Positions 44,406 through 56,155 of a stretch of 64,000 bases of DNA are shown one piece after another; within the stretch, counting starts at the first letter, position 1, and each line of letters opens with the position of its first letter. A model generated the notes under the pieces. That model was not told the origin of the DNA, did no database searches, and saw only the letters and a program-made list of their open reading frames with translations. The stretch is from contig JAJYBI010000007.1 of NCBI GenBank assembly GCA_021779095.1, positions 56,415 to 120,414 on the forward strand. Reading direction: 5' to 3'. The position numbers were made by a program, and so were the translations under genes. This DNA is from Deltaproteobacteria bacterium (GTDB taxonomy: Bacteria; Desulfobacterota; Desulfuromonadia; Geobacterales; JAJYBI01).

Positions 44406-47030
44406 ATGTCTGACCAGACGCCGATGATGCGGCAGTACCTCCAGATCAAGGCTGATTATCCCGATTCCATCCTGTTTTTTCGTCTCGGCGACTTCTACGA
44501 GATGTTCCTCGACGACGCCGTCAAGGCGTCCCGTATCCTCGATATCACCCTTACCTCCCGCAACAAGGCCTCCGACGGCAACGACGTCCCTTTGTGCGGT
44601 ATCCCTTACCACTCTGCCAATCCCTATATCGCCAAGCTGATCGAGGCGGGGGAAAAGGTCGCCATCTGCGAGCAGGTGGAGGACCCGAAGGCGGTCAAGG
44701 GGATCGTCAAGCGCGAGGTCGTGCGGGTCATCACCCCCGGACTGCTCCTGGACAGCGACAGTCTCGTCCCCAAGGACAACAACTACCTCGTATCCCTCTA
44801 CTCTCCCGACGGGTCGGCCTGGGGGGTTGCCAGCCTCGATCTCTCCACCGGCGAGTTCAAGCTGACGGAACTGACCGGGCTCGACGCGGCGGCCGCGGAG
44901 GTGGCCTGTCTCGCCCCCCGCGAGATCATCCTTTCCGTCTCCGCGCGGGAGAACGGCGTGCTTGCCGATCGTCCCGACATCGCCGCAGGACGGATCGTGA
45001 CGGGGATCGACGACTGGGTGTACGATGCCGAGTACTGCGGACGGGTCTTTGCCGGACAGTACGACGGTGCCACTCCCGCCATGCTCGGCTGCGGAACGCT
45101 TGCCTGCGGGACCATCGCGGCGGGGGCGGTGCTGCACTATCTGAAAGAGACCCAGAAGGAGGGCAGTTGCCACCTCCGGGAGCCGTTAACGTACCGGACC
45201 AGTGAATTCCTGGTGCTGGACGATGCCACCCGCCGCAATCTGGAGCTCACGGCGACCATGTCCGACGGCAAACGGCGTGGTTCGCTACTCTGGGTGCTCG
45301 ACCGGACCGTTACGGCCATGGGGGGGCGTAAACTCAAGCAGTGGATCAACTATCCGCTTTTATCTATCGAAAAAATAACGGAACGCCAGGGTGCGGTCGA
45401 GGAGCTGGTTCATGCGTCGGTCTCCCGCGACGGCATCCTCGCGGCGCTCGGTGAGGTGAGCGACCTGGAGCGGCTGAACGGCCGTATCAGCCTCGCCAGC
45501 GCCAGCGCCCGGGACCTGGTGGCGCTGGAGCGGTCCCTGCGCCGCCTCCCCATGGTGCTCGACCTCCTGGGGGACCTGGAATCGCCCCTCCTGCAACGGG
45601 TAGCGGGTTCCATCGACCTGCTGGAGGACGTTACGGAGCTGATCGCCGGCAGCATCGTCGAGAATCCCCCGTTTTCCCTGCGTGAGGGTGGGGTCATCGC
45701 CGACGGCTGGAACGAGGAGCTGGACGAGCTGCGCACCATCAGCCGGGAGGGGAAGGGGTTCATCGCCCGCCTGGAGGCGAAGGAGCGGGAGCGCACCGGC
45801 ATCTCCTCCCTGAAGATCCGTTACAACAAGGTGTTCGGCTACTACATCGAGATCACCAAGACCAACCTCGCCGCCGTTCCCGACGACTACATCCGCCGCC
45901 AGACCCTGGCCAACGCCGAGCGGTTCATCACCCCCGAGCTGAAGGAGTACGAGGACAAGGTGCTGGGGGCGGAGGACCGGATCGCCGACCTGGAGTACCA
46001 GCTGTTCCAGCAGGTGCGTGAGCGGGTTGTCGCCCAGGGGGGGCGTATCGCCCGCACCGCCGACGCCGTCGCGACCCTGGACGTCCTGTCCGCGCTGGCC
46101 GACCTGGCCCACGACCGGGGGTACTGTCGGCCGCAGGTAAACGACGGCGACCTCCTGGAGATCGTCGACGGCCGCCACCCGGTCATCGAGGCGATCAGCC
46201 TGGGGGAGCGGTTCGTCCCGAACGACGTGCGGCTCGACGGCAGCGAGAACCAGCTTCTCATCATCACCGGCCCGAACATGGCGGGCAAATCGACCTTCAT
46301 GCGCCAGGTGGCGCTCATCGCCCTCATGGCCCAGATCGGCAGCTTCGTGCCGGCGGCGGAGGCACGCATCGGCCTCGTTGACCGGATCTTCACCCGGGTC
46401 GGCGCGTCCGACAACCTGGCCCGCGGCCAGTCCACCTTCATGGTGGAGATGACGGAGACCGCCAACATCCTCCGGAGCGCCACGCCGAAAAGCCTCGTGG
46501 TACTGGACGAGATCGGCCGCGGAACCTCCACCTTCGACGGCGTCTCCATCGCCTGGGCCGTGGCGGAGTTCCTGCACGACAACGAGACCCACGCCGCCCG
46601 GACCCTGTTCGCCACCCACTACCACGAGCTGACCGAGCTGGCCGTGACCCGCAGCCGGGCGAAGAACTTCAACATCGCGGTGAAGGAGTGGAACGACCAG
46701 ATCATCTTCCTGCGCCGGATCGTGCCCGGCGGGACGTCCCATTCCTACGGCATCCAGGTGGCGCGTCTGGCCGGCATCCCCCAGGAAATCATTGACAGGG
46801 CCAAGGAAATCCTGCAGAACCTGGAAAAGGGGGAGTTCGTCGAGGAGGGGCAGCCCCGTATCGCCCGGGGACGGAAGGGAAAGACGTCCGTACCCGCCTC
46901 CCAGCTCTCCCTGTTCGCTGCCGGCGACGGCGACGACCCGGTCCGCCAGCGGCTCAAGGACCTGGATGTGGCGACCCTGACCCCGTTGGAGGCGCTGAAC
47001 ATACTCGATACGTTGAAGAGGATGGTATGA
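44406..47030 (+). CDS. mutS: DNA mismatch repair protein MutS
   Basis: [39 protein letters not shown]. Confidence 0.98.
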   Translation: MSDQTPMMRQYLQIKADYPDSILFFRLGDFYEMFLDDAVKASRILDITLTSRNKASDGNDVPLCGIPYHSANPYIAKLIEAGEKVAICEQVEDPKAVKGIVKREVVRVITPGLLLDSDSLVPKDNNYLVSLYSPDGSAWGVASLDLSTGEFKLTELTGLDAAAAEVACLAPREIILSVSARENGVLADRPDIAAGRIVTGIDDWVYDAEYCGRVFAGQYDGATPAMLGCGTLACGTIAAGAVLHYLKETQKEGSCHLREPLTYRTSEFLVLDDATRRNLELTATMSDGKRRGSLLWVLDRTVTAMGGRKLKQWINYPLLSIEKITERQGAVEELVHASVSRDGILAALGEVSDLERLNGRISLASASARDLVALERSLRRLPMVLDLLGDLESPLLQRVAGSIDLLEDVTELIAGSIVENPPFSLREGGVIADGWNEELDELRTISREGKGFIARLEAKERERTGISSLKIRYNKVFGYYIEITKTNLAAVPDDYIRRQTLANAERFITPELKEYEDKVLGAEDRIADLEYQLFQQVRERVVAQGGRIARTADAVATLDVLSALADLAHDRGYCRPQVNDGDLLEIVDGRHPVIEAISLGERFVPNDVRLDGSENQLLIITGPNMAGKSTFMRQVALIALMAQIGSFVPAAEARIGLVDRIFTRVGASDNLARGQSTFMVEMTETANILRSATPKSLVVLDEIGRGTSTFDGVSIAWAVAEFLHDNETHAARTLFATHYHELTELAVTRSRAKNFNIAVKEWNDQIIFLRRIVPGGTSHSYGIQVARLAGIPQEIIDRAKEILQNLEKGEFVEEGQPRIARGRKGKTSVPASQLSLFAAGDGDDPVRQRLKDLDVATLTPLEALNILDTLKRMV

Positions 47031-48295
47031 TGCGGATTCGTTGTCTGCTGCCCCTGTTACTGTTGTTACTTGTCTGTGCTGTACCGATGCTCGTGCCGGG
47101 AAAGGCCGAGGCGAGGGTCCGGCATGCCCATGGGAAGAAGCAACGGGCGGTATCGGAACACCACCCCGCGGCGCTTGCGGTGGTGAGCGAGATGCGGCAC
47201 TGGTCAAATCCCGACTATACCCGTGTGGCCGTTACCTTGAACCGCGAGGCGACATTCGAATACCACCATATCCCCGGGAGCAGGGACGGATCGATCTCGC
47301 CGCGCTTGTACATCGACATCTCCGGTGCGCATCTGGCGAAGGGGGTCAAGGATATCAATATCGGCGACGGGCTGATGAAAACCGCGCGCATCGCCCAGTA
47401 CCGTTCCGATACGGTCCGGGTCGTGCTGGATCTGGGGAGCATCAGGGAGTACAAGGTCTTCAGTTTCTCCGATCCGTTCCGGATCATTGTCGATGTCAGG
47501 GGAGCGCGCCGGGAAGAGCTGACCAGGGCGAAGGAACCGGTTCTGGAGGCTGCACCGCCCCTGCCCGCCCATCCCGTCGCATCGGTCGAGACGGCGGAGA
47601 AACACCCGTTGAAGCCGGTCATCGGCAAGATACGGCGGATTGTGATCGATCCCGGCCATGGCGGGCACGATCCCGGCGCCACCGGTCCCGACGGCATCAT
47701 GGAAAAGAACGTGGTGCTGCAGATCGGCCTGAAACTGGCAAAGATCCTTAGGGACGAGCTTGGCCTCGACGTGGTGATGACCCGCAGTACGGACGTCTTC
47801 ATCGAGCTGCAGGAGCGCACCGCCATCGCCAACAAGGTGGGGGCCGACCTGTTCGTTTCGATCCACGCCAACGCCTCCACCAACCGGAACGCCGCGGGGA
47901 TCGAGACCTACTATCTCAACCTCGCCAAGACGGAAAAGGTCGCCCAGCTGGCCGCCAAGGAGAACGGTACAACCCTGGAAAAGGTGAGTCTGCTTCAGGC
48001 GGTGCTGTTCGACCTTATGGCCAATTACAAGCTGAACGACTCCGCGCACCTGGCAGATGACGTGCAGAAGGCGTTGCACCACCGGATCGCGTCCCGTTAC
48101 AGCGCCAAGAACCTTGGGGTCAAGCAGGGACCGTTCTACGTGCTTGTGGGGGCGTCCATGCCGAGTATCCTCGTGGAGACCGCTTTTGTCAGCAACGGGA
48201 CCGAAGAGTCCCGGCTGAATGATCCCCACTACCAGGACGAGACTGCCAGGGGGATCGCGGAAGGTATCCGGGCCTATATAGCGAGCCTGAAGTGA
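47027..48295 (+). CDS. amiC: N-acetylmuramoyl-L-alanine amidase with AMIN domains
   Basis: Signal peptide, [33 protein letters not shown]. Confidence 0.88.
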   Translation: MMRIRCLLPLLLLLLVCAVPMLVPGKAEARVRHAHGKKQRAVSEHHPAALAVVSEMRHWSNPDYTRVAVTLNREATFEYHHIPGSRDGSISPRLYIDISGAHLAKGVKDINIGDGLMKTARIAQYRSDTVRVVLDLGSIREYKVFSFSDPFRIIVDVRGARREELTRAKEPVLEAAPPLPAHPVASVETAEKHPLKPVIGKIRRIVIDPGHGGHDPGATGPDGIMEKNVVLQIGLKLAKILRDELGLDVVMTRSTDVFIELQERTAIANKVGADLFVSIHANASTNRNAAGIETYYLNLAKTEKVAQLAAKENGTTLEKVSLLQAVLFDLMANYKLNDSAHLADDVQKALHHRIASRYSAKNLGVKQGPFYVLVGASMPSILVETAFVSNGTEESRLNDPHYQDETARGIAEGIRAYIASLK

Positions 48296-51030
48296 CGGAT
48301 GGAACGATGCCGAAGCCACGATGCGATCTGAAATTCGATATAGAGCGGTACTTCCCTGACGAACTTCACGCCCATGGCGATGCCGGCAGGGCGTCGTTCG
48401 AGGAGAAACGTCCCCTCTATCTGGCAGGGAGCAAGCGGTACCTTGCCCGCTACCGGGATGAGATCAAGGCACTGCACGGCAACGGCGAGCAGGGCGACCG
48501 GGTCGTCGCACTCATCACCGAGATGACCGACGTCATGGTCATAAAGCTCTTCTCCTCCATTCTCGCCGACCTCTCCGGCGACACCCAGACCCAGGACCGG
48601 CTCGCCCTCATCGCCGTCGGCGGTTACGGCCGCAGCGAGCTGAATCCATACTCCGACATCGACCTCATGTTCCTCTACGAGGGGAGGAACAGCCAGTGTA
48701 TCGAGGACGTCGCCCAGAAACTCCTCTATTTCCTCTGGGACATGCGGCTCGACGTGGGGTACTCGGTACGCACCATCGCCGACTGCGTGGAGATGGGGCA
48801 GTCGGACCTGACCGTCCGGACGGCCCTTTTGGACAGCCGCTTTCTCATGGGGAACCGTCAGCTGTTCGACGAATTCCAGAAGGTGAAACTGACCCAGCTC
48901 CTCACCAAGGGGAGCGACGCCTTTATCAGGTCGAAGGTGGAGGAGCTTCGCAACCGGCGGGAGAAGTACGGGTCGACGGTCTACATGCTGGAGCCCAACA
49001 TCAAGGAGAGCGAGGGGGCGCTCCGCGACCTGCATACCGCCATGTGGGTGGCGAAGATCAAGTACAAGATCGACCAGCCGCGGGAACTGATCATCAAGGG
49101 GGTGCTGACGGAGGAGGAACTTGCCGAGTACTGGAGCGCCCTCGCGTACCTCTGGCGCATCCGCAACGAGATGCATTTCCGGTTCGGCCGCAAGTGCGAC
49201 CAGCTGACCTTCGAGGCCCAGACCTCGCTGGCGACCTTCCTCGGCTACACGGACACCGGCCGCAATCTGGCTGTCGAGGAGTTCATGCGTGACTACTACC
49301 TGCACGCCACGAAGGTGGAGCACTTCACCTCCCAGCTGATCAACTCCTGTGCCGTCCGGGACGAGGGCGCGTTCAAGGTCCTCGGCTACTTTATCCGGCG
49401 CCCCGTTGGCGAAGGGTTCTACGTCACCCGCGGTGAGCTGCACGTCCCGGACGAATCGGTGGTCGAAGCGGACCCGTCCCGGCTGATGAAGATGTTCGAG
49501 TACGCCCAGAAGCAGGGGGTGGTCCTGAGCATTCCGTCGAAGACCCTCGTCCGGAAGAGCCTCCACCTGGTGAACGACAAATTCCGGCGCAACCGCGAAG
49601 TGAACGGCTCGTTCTTCAACATCCTCCGCTCCAACAAGGGGGTGCCGGAGGCGCTGGAGACGATGCACCACCTGGGGTTCCTGAACCGGTTCATCCCCGA
49701 GTTCGAGCATATCTACTGCAAGGTGCAGCACGATATCTATCACGTCTATACGGTGGACATCCATTCGCTGTTTGCCGTCGGCGAGATCGTACGCCTCTGG
49801 AAAGGGGAGCTCTCCAGGGAGATGCCGCTCCTGACGAAGATCGCCGGCGAGATCGGCAAGCGGGAGCTGCTGCTCCTGGCGGTCCTGTTTCACGATATCG
49901 GCAAGGGGGAAGGGGGCGGACATTCGGAAAAGGGCGCCGACATGTGCCGGACCATCGCCCGCCGCATGGGGCTCCACAAGGAGGACAGCGAACGGCTCGA
50001 ATTCCTCGTTCGGAACCATCTCCTTTTCGCCCATATCGCCCAGCGGCGCGACCTGCACGACGAGAAGATGATCATCCAGTTTGCACGGCAGATGGGGACG
50101 ACCGAGAACCTGAGGATGCTCTATCTCCTCACCTACGCCGACGTGCGCAGCGTGGGGCCCGACGTCTGGAACGAATGGAAGGCGATGCTGTTCGAGGAGC
50201 TGTTCAGCAAGGCGTTCAAGGTGCTCGAACGGGGTGACTTTAAACTCGAAGCCAGCAGCGAGCGGGTGAAGAAGGCGCGGAAGGAGGTCATCGACATCCT
50301 GCAGCAGGAGTTTCCGCAGACCCGGATCAAGGACGAGTTCAAGGCGCTCACCACCCGCCATGTCCTGTCCAACACGCCGGCCGATATCGCCAACCACCTG
50401 CGGTACCTGATCGCGCTGGAAAACCACGACGTCCGGATGTCGATCACCCACGAGCAGGAGCGCGGCTACTCCAGTTTCACCATCTGCACCTACGACGTAC
50501 CCGGGCTCTTCTCCAAGATCACCGGCGTCATGGCCGCCAACGGGATGAACATCCTGGGTGCGCAGATTCACACCAGCACAAACGGCAAGGTGCTGGACGT
50601 CCTGCAGGTCAACTCTCCCCAGGGGTTTATCGTCACCGACGAGAACCGCTGGAAACGGGTGCAGGACGACATGCGCCAGGTGCTGGAAGGGAAGGTCCGG
50701 GTGAAGGCGCTGGTGGAGAAACGCTACCGTCCCACCCTGCTCACGGAGCGGGTCAGGCCGCGGTTCCCGACCCGGGTGGAGATCGACAACGAGGTCTCCG
50801 AGGACTATACGGTCATCGACATCTATACCCACGACAAGGTGGGGCTTCTGTACAGCATCACCAGCACCCTCACGGCGCTGGGGCTCTACATCGGGGTATC
50901 CAAGATCTCCACGAAGGTGGACCAGGTGGCGGACGTCTTCTACGTGAAGGATATCTTCGGGCACAAACTCGCGGGGGAGGAGAAGCTGGAAGAGGTGCGC
51001 ACCCGTCTCCGTGAGGCGATCGATGCGTGA
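48292..51030 (+). CDS. glnD: [Protein-PII] uridylyltransferase/uridylyl-removing enzyme
   Basis: AVGGYGR..PYSDIDL, EPNIKE, YTVDIH, FHDIGKG, two ACT domains. Confidence 0.96.
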   Translation: MTDGTMPKPRCDLKFDIERYFPDELHAHGDAGRASFEEKRPLYLAGSKRYLARYRDEIKALHGNGEQGDRVVALITEMTDVMVIKLFSSILADLSGDTQTQDRLALIAVGGYGRSELNPYSDIDLMFLYEGRNSQCIEDVAQKLLYFLWDMRLDVGYSVRTIADCVEMGQSDLTVRTALLDSRFLMGNRQLFDEFQKVKLTQLLTKGSDAFIRSKVEELRNRREKYGSTVYMLEPNIKESEGALRDLHTAMWVAKIKYKIDQPRELIIKGVLTEEELAEYWSALAYLWRIRNEMHFRFGRKCDQLTFEAQTSLATFLGYTDTGRNLAVEEFMRDYYLHATKVEHFTSQLINSCAVRDEGAFKVLGYFIRRPVGEGFYVTRGELHVPDESVVEADPSRLMKMFEYAQKQGVVLSIPSKTLVRKSLHLVNDKFRRNREVNGSFFNILRSNKGVPEALETMHHLGFLNRFIPEFEHIYCKVQHDIYHVYTVDIHSLFAVGEIVRLWKGELSREMPLLTKIAGEIGKRELLLLAVLFHDIGKGEGGGHSEKGADMCRTIARRMGLHKEDSERLEFLVRNHLLFAHIAQRRDLHDEKMIIQFARQMGTTENLRMLYLLTYADVRSVGPDVWNEWKAMLFEELFSKAFKVLERGDFKLEASSERVKKARKEVIDILQQEFPQTRIKDEFKALTTRHVLSNTPADIANHLRYLIALENHDVRMSITHEQERGYSSFTICTYDVPGLFSKITGVMAANGMNILGAQIHTSTNGKVLDVLQVNSPQGFIVTDENRWKRVQDDMRQVLEGKVRVKALVEKRYRPTLLTERVRPRFPTRVEIDNEVSEDYTVIDIYTHDKVGLLYSITSTLTALGLYIGVSKISTKVDQVADVFYVKDIFGHKLAGEEKLEEVRTRLREAIDA

Positions 51031-51926
51031 CGGGTGGCATGAACGAGTATCTCGACCTGTTCCTCTCCTACCTGCTCGTTGAGCGGGGGCTGGCGCGTAA
51101 CTCCCTCGACGCCTACGGGCGGGATCTGGCCCGATACCTGAGCTGGCTGGAGCGCAGCGGGGTGACGGCCATGGATGCCGTCCGTTCAACGGACGTGGCC
51201 GGTTTCATCGGCGCGCTGAAGGACGAGGGGCTCTCCCCCCGCAGCCGGGCACGTTCCCTGTCGGCGGTGCGGATGTTCCACCGGTTCCTGATGGCGGAGG
51301 GCTACTGTAAAGACAACCCGACCTCCATTATCGAGTCCCCCCGGCCGGTGCGCCGGCTTCCCAAGGTCCTCTCCGCCCGGGAGGTGGAGGCGCTCCTGGC
51401 CGCCCCCGCCGGTGAAGGTGCGGCGGACCTGCGGGACCGGGCGATGCTGGAACTGTTGTACGCCACCGGGCTCAGGGTGTCGGAGCTGGTTTCACTGCTC
51501 CTTTCCGACCTGAACCTGCAGGCGGGGTACCTGCTCACTACGGGCAAGGGGGAGAAGGAGCGGCTCGTACCGGTGGGGGATGCGGCCCGGAGCGCGACGG
51601 CCTCCTACCTCGCCGCGGCCCGCCCGCAGCTGGACCGGAAGGGGAAAAGCCGTTTCCTCTTCCTGTCGCGGCGAGGGGAGGGGATGACGCGTCAGGCGTT
51701 CTGGAACATCATCAAGAAGCGGGCGGTCCAGGCGGGGGTCCGCGCCGGCATCTCCCCGCATACCCTGCGCCACTCCTTCGCGACCCATCTCCTGGAGAAC
51801 GGCGCCGACCTGCGCAGCGTGCAGCTCATGCTGGGGCATGCGGACCTGTCCACGACCCAGATCTACACCCACGTCACCCGCGAGCGTTTGAAGCGGCTGC
51901 ACGAGGAGTTTCACCCCCGCGGTTGA
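51027..51926 (+). CDS. xerD: Site-specific tyrosine recombinase XerD
   Basis: YATGLRVSEL, GKGEKER, HTLRHSFATHLL, LGHADLSTTQIY; start may be ATG 51039. Confidence 0.93.
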   Translation: MTGGMNEYLDLFLSYLLVERGLARNSLDAYGRDLARYLSWLERSGVTAMDAVRSTDVAGFIGALKDEGLSPRSRARSLSAVRMFHRFLMAEGYCKDNPTSIIESPRPVRRLPKVLSAREVEALLAAPAGEGAADLRDRAMLELLYATGLRVSELVSLLLSDLNLQAGYLLTTGKGEKERLVPVGDAARSATASYLAAARPQLDRKGKSRFLFLSRRGEGMTRQAFWNIIKKRAVQAGVRAGISPHTLRHSFATHLLENGADLRSVQLMLGHADLSTTQIYTHVTRERLKRLHEEFHPRG

Positions 51927-51957
51927 CCATATCAAACCGCTACGAAAGGATCCACCG

Positions 51958-53157
51958 ATGAAATATATCGTACTTCTGGGCGACGGCATGTCGGACCAGC
52001 CGCTGGATCAGCTGAACGGCCTCACCCCGCTCCAGGCGGCGGCCACCCCCCATATGGATTTCATGGCGCAGCGCGGCCGGCTCGGTCTCGCCCGCACCGT
52101 GCCGGAGGGGTATCCGCCGGGGAGCGACGTGGCGAACCTCTCCGTGTTCGGCTACGACCCGCGAAGCTGCTACACCGGACGTTCTCCCCTGGAGGCCGCC
52201 AGCATGGGGATCGACCTCGGTCCCGACGACGTGGCGTTCAGGGTCAACCTGGTGACCCTGGAGCCGCTGGCGGGTGGGCTGTACATGAAGGACTATTCGG
52301 CGGGGCATATCACCACCGACGAGGGGCGGGAGCTGGTAGCCTCCTTGCAGCGCGAACTGGGGGGGGATGAGTTCCAGTTCTACCCCGGCGTCGGCTACCG
52401 CCACCTCATGGTCTGGCGCAACGGCTGCGACAAGTTGACGGCGACGCCGCCCCACGATATCACGGGAAAGAGCATCATCGACTTCCTCCCGAAAGGAGAG
52501 GGTGAAGATCGGCTCATGCAGCTGATGAACCATGCGCAGATGCTCTTGCACGATCATCCGGTGAACAAAAAAAGGGACGAGGAGGGGAAACATCCGGCCA
52601 ACTCCATCTGGCTCTGGGGGCAGGGAAAGGCACCGGTCATCGAACCGTACGGTACGCGTTTCGGGCTTTCCGGTGCGGTCATCTCCGCCGTCGACCTGAT
52701 CCGTGGTATCGGGGTCTGCGCCGGCCTGGAGATCATCAAGGTGGAAGGTGCCACGGGGTATATCGACACCAACTACGAGGGGAAGACGCAGGCCGCGCTG
52801 GCGGCGCTGGAGCGTTACGATTTCGTCTTCCTGCACGTGGAGGCCCCGGACGAGGCGAGCCACTCGGGGAACCTGGAGCACAAGTTACAGGCCATCGAGG
52901 ATTTCGACGCCAAGGTCGTCGGCCCGGTCCTGGCGGGGATCGGCAGGTTCGGCGACTACCGGATTCTCTGCACCCCCGATCACCCGACGCCGCTTTCGAT
53001 CATGACCCATACCGGGGACCCGGTGCCGTTCATCCTGTACGCCGGCGAGGCGGAGGTGAGGCCCGGCGTCGCCGGCTACAGCGAGGCCGCGGCGCGGGAG
53101 ACCGGGCTGTTCCTGGAGGACGGTTTCCGGCTGATGGAGCTGATGAGAAAGGGATAG
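51958..53157 (+). CDS. apgM: Cofactor-independent phosphoglycerate mutase (ApgM-like)
   Basis: GDGMSD, PGSDVAN, GRSPLEA, PDEASH, PDHPTP. Confidence 0.88.
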   Translation: MKYIVLLGDGMSDQPLDQLNGLTPLQAAATPHMDFMAQRGRLGLARTVPEGYPPGSDVANLSVFGYDPRSCYTGRSPLEAASMGIDLGPDDVAFRVNLVTLEPLAGGLYMKDYSAGHITTDEGRELVASLQRELGGDEFQFYPGVGYRHLMVWRNGCDKLTATPPHDITGKSIIDFLPKGEGEDRLMQLMNHAQMLLHDHPVNKKRDEEGKHPANSIWLWGQGKAPVIEPYGTRFGLSGAVISAVDLIRGIGVCAGLEIIKVEGATGYIDTNYEGKTQAALAALERYDFVFLHVEAPDEASHSGNLEHKLQAIEDFDAKVVGPVLAGIGRFGDYRILCTPDHPTPLSIMTHTGDPVPFILYAGEAEVRPGVAGYSEAAARETGLFLEDGFRLMELMRKG

Positions 53158-53184
53158 ACGCGGGACTGCGTCTTACGATGTGCG

Positions 53185-53213
53185 AAAGGCCGGGGGAGCA
53201 CCCCGGCCTTTTT
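53185..53213. terminator. Bidirectional Rho-independent terminator
   Basis: AAAGGCCGGGG/CCCCGGCCTTT stem plus T-run between convergent genes. Confidence 0.8.
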
Positions 53214-53221
53214 GCATGCAA

Positions 53222-53788
53222 TCACTGCCACCCCTTCACGGCGGGGCCGGTGGGGCGCTGGAACCAGGTGGGAGGAGTGACGCCGTAGCCGTGGTAGTAG
53301 GGATCGTCGTAGGCGTCGAACCCCGCCGGGAGCGGCGGGTACCCCTTGCCGTCGCGGTACTTCCAGGCGTAGATCTCCTTGATCGTGACGACGGGATAGG
53401 TGTAGTCGTAGCCGTCGAGCTGGCGGGTCGTCTTCCCCTTCACGTGCCCGAGGAGCGTCACGGCCCGGCCCGGCGAGTACTTCGCCCCGTCCAGGAACCC
53501 GGGCGATTCCGCCAGGAACCTCCCCTTCGACCGGCTGACATCCTCCGGCAGGCCGTTCCCCGCCAGCGGCGTCTGGATCACCTCCAGCTGTCCCCCCTCG
53601 GCGGAGTTCCTGACGCCGGCGACGAGCCCACCGAGGATGATATATTTCCCCACGGCGGCATCGGGTGCGGCGAGCAGGGTGACAAAGGTCAGTTCCCTGT
53701 CGGCAAGGGCGCGTGACTTCTCGCTGATGACGTGGGCGCAGCCGCAGAGCAGCAGCAGGAGCATGGTGAGTGCGATCAGTCGTTTCAT
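53222..53788 (-). CDS. Slp family outer-membrane lipoprotein
   Basis: Lipobox LCGC, GG..LEV.Q.PL, GRFLA..GFLD..Y.PGR.VT, Y.YPV. Confidence 0.85.
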   Translation of the reverse strand: MKRLIALTMLLLLLCGCAHVISEKSRALADRELTFVTLLAAPDAAVGKYIILGGLVAGVRNSAEGGQLEVIQTPLAGNGLPEDVSRSKGRFLAESPGFLDGAKYSPGRAVTLLGHVKGKTTRQLDGYDYTYPVVTIKEIYAWKYRDGKGYPPLPAGFDAYDDPYYHGYGVTPPTWFQRPTGPAVKGWQ

Positions 53789-53866
53789 GTCTTCCTCCGT
53801 GTGCTACATGGTATATCGTCACGACGGATAGTCAACATGAGGGGTGCACTCAAAAAAATGCGCGTA

Positions 53867-54610
53867 TCAGCGGAGCCGGTCCAGGATGCGCAGGAGGCCG
53901 TCCAGGATGGTAGCGGGATGAGGGGGGCAGCCGGGGATGTACAGGTCCACCGGGAGAAGACTGTCCACGCCGTTTAAGACCTCGGGCGAGTCCAGGTAGG
54001 GACCGCCGTTGACGGCGCAGGCGCCGCAGGCGACGACGATCTTGGGGGCGGGGATCGCCTCGTAGGTGGTAAGGAGCGCCTCGCGCATGTTGGCGGTGAC
54101 GGGACCGGTGACCCAAAGGCCGTCCGCGTGGCGCGGCGAGGCGACGAACTGGATGCCGAACCGCCCCAGGTCCCAGCCGATGGTGGAGAGGACGTTCGTG
54201 TCCGCCTCGCAGGCGTTGCAGCCGCCGGCACTCACCTCCCGGAACTTGAGCGAACGGCCGAAGAGACGCCGTAGGTCCGGAGGAAGCGGCTGCGCAAGGC
54301 GGTGTTCGCCGTCGGGGCGCACTGCGAGATCGTCGCGGCCGGTGACGGCGAGACGGTAGTCCGTGCTGAAACGGATGTGGCCGACGGGGCACTCGGCGCA
54401 GAAGAGGCATTTCCCCATGTCCAGGGCGCCGCCGCCTTCAGCCGTGTAGGCGCCGAACGGACAGCTCTCCCGCCCGTCGCCGCCGGAAAGGGGAATGAGC
54501 GACGCCGGTTCGGGGTAGCCGCGGAACCTCTCCGGCATGGTGAGCGGCTCGGCCGGGTAGGGGGCGGTACGGTGTCCCTGCCGGATACGGGCGATGAGTG
54601 CGTCGAACAT
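53867..54610 (-). CDS. Ehr/hydrogenase-4-like small Fe-S subunit (HyfI/NuoB-like) with N-terminal ferredoxin-like segment
   Basis: GGCNACEAD, SPRHAD, GACA, PGCPP; N-terminal CP..CLFCAEC. Confidence 0.88.
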   Translation of the reverse strand: MFDALIARIRQGHRTAPYPAEPLTMPERFRGYPEPASLIPLSGGDGRESCPFGAYTAEGGGALDMGKCLFCAECPVGHIRFSTDYRLAVTGRDDLAVRPDGEHRLAQPLPPDLRRLFGRSLKFREVSAGGCNACEADTNVLSTIGWDLGRFGIQFVASPRHADGLWVTGPVTANMREALLTTYEAIPAPKIVVACGACAVNGGPYLDSPEVLNGVDSLLPVDLYIPGCPPHPATILDGLLRILDRLR

Positions 54611-54634
54611 GGGGCGTCCTTTCTTCCTCCTGCG

Positions 54635-56155
54635 CTACAGGTCGAAGCCGCAGTAGGAGAGGTTAAAGCTCTTGTTGCAGAGCGGAAAGTCGGAGATCTG
54701 CTGCCCCCGGAGTGCCATGGCGAGCCCCTGCCAGTTGTGGAAGGAGGGATCGACGATCTTGTACCGGGCGAAATGCCCATGGGGGTCCGTGACCGCCACG
54801 TGGCAGATCATGCCGCGCCACCCCTCCGTGAGGGCCACGACGAGTGCGTCCGGCTGCGGTGGCGCGACGGTCGAGCGGTGGCTTCCGCCGGGGAGCTGGC
54901 GTAGCTGCTCCTCGATGAAATCCAGGGATTTCTGCGCCTCCAGCCAGCGGACCATGCTCCGGGCCGCCACGTCGCCGTTGAGTGCGGTTGCCACCGGCAG
55001 GTGGGTCATCCGGTAGATGCCGAAGGGGAAGTCGTGGCGCACGTCCCGCTTGATGCCGCTGGCCCGCGCCGCAGGACCCACCAGTCCAATCTCCTGGGCC
55101 GTATCGCAGGAGACCGTGCCGGTGTTTTCCAGGCGGGCCATGACCGACGGCGCGTTCCAGAGGAGCTCGACGGCACCGGCGAGATCGATGCGTGCCTGGG
55201 CCAGTCGCGCCAGGAGGTCGTCGCGCAGCCCATGCGTGAGATCGAAGATCGTGCCGCCGGGGGTGACGAGCCCCCGTCCGAATCGGCTGCCGCAGATGGC
55301 GGCGGTCATGTTGAGGAAGTCGCCCCGGATGCGGCCGCAGAACGAGGCGGTGGGGAGGTACCCCACGTCGCCGGCGATCGCCCCCAGGTCTCCCGTATGG
55401 TTCGCCAACCGTTCCAGCTCCAGCGCGATGCCGCGCAGCGCCTCGGCCCGCGGCGGCACCGTGCTCCCACCCAGCGCCTCCCTGATCATGCAGTACGCCT
55501 GACCGTGGCCGATGGTGGTATCGCCGGCGGCCGTCTCCATCCGGAAGAGCGTCCGGGGATCGGGACCGCCCATAAGGCTCGCCTCGATCCCGCGGTGTTG
55601 ATATCCCAGGGAGATCTCCAGGTGGAACACCTCCTCACCGTGGCACTGGAACCGGAAGTGTCCCGGCTCGATGATCCCCGCGTGCACCGGCCCCACGGCC
55701 ACCTCGTGCACCTCGTCCCCCGCCACCTGGAAGTAGTCCATCACCCCCACGCGGATCGGGGCGTCCGCCGGACGGCCCCAGGCGTCGCGTTCCGGAACGA
55801 AGGAGCGGTGGAACCGCACCGGCTTGAACCAGGGATGGTCGTCGAAGACGATGCCGCACTGCTCGCCGATCTCCCGTTCGAAGAGCTGCAGCTGGGGTGA
55901 GAGCTCCGCCAGGGAGGGGAACCGGTTGCCGACGACCGCCGTCCGGATCGCGCCGAGCCGGCTCTCCGCGCTGGTGGCCAGCACGCAGTACAGGGTGGTC
56001 ACCGTCGCGCCGGGTATGCCGAAGTAGGCCACGACCCGCCAGCCGTGGTCGGTGGCGTCCAGGATCTGCCGGAGAAACGCATCTGCCTCCGCGACGGGGA
56101 TATCCGCCAGCGGCAGCGCCGAACCGTTCCGTATCGATTTCAGTGTGGCGGTCAC
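54635..56155 (-). CDS. Ehr large subunit (HyfG/NuoCD-like) lacking NiFe-binding CxxC motifs
   Basis: FEREI, VGPVHAGIIEPGHFRF, LELERLANH, EGWRG, DPSFHNW, C-terminal NKSFNLSYCGFDL; GTG start at 56155. Confidence 0.88.
   Translation of the reverse strand: MTATLKSIRNGSALPLADIPVAEADAFLRQILDATDHGWRVVAYFGIPGATVTTLYCVLATSAESRLGAIRTAVVGNRFPSLAELSPQLQLFEREIGEQCGIVFDDHPWFKPVRFHRSFVPERDAWGRPADAPIRVGVMDYFQVAGDEVHEVAVGPVHAGIIEPGHFRFQCHGEEVFHLEISLGYQHRGIEASLMGGPDPRTLFRMETAAGDTTIGHGQAYCMIREALGGSTVPPRAEALRGIALELERLANHTGDLGAIAGDVGYLPTASFCGRIRGDFLNMTAAICGSRFGRGLVTPGGTIFDLTHGLRDDLLARLAQARIDLAGAVELLWNAPSVMARLENTGTVSCDTAQEIGLVGPAARASGIKRDVRHDFPFGIYRMTHLPVATALNGDVAARSMVRWLEAQKSLDFIEEQLRQLPGGSHRSTVAPPQPDALVVALTEGWRGMICHVAVTDPHGHFARYKIVDPSFHNWQGLAMALRGQQISDFPLCNKSFNLSYCGFDL

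Noticed and set aside
48274-51189. 971-aa antisense ORF and many other long shadow ORFs (e.g. 25628-27760, 45360-47207, 19627-21192)
   Set aside because: They lie opposite well-supported genes, lack recognisable motifs, and are expected from high-GC codon bias
51027-51926. Tyrosine recombinase as a prophage or island integrase
   Set aside because: Canonical XerD sequence embedded in the mutS-amiC-glnD-xerD-apgM housekeeping run, with no att sites or phage genes
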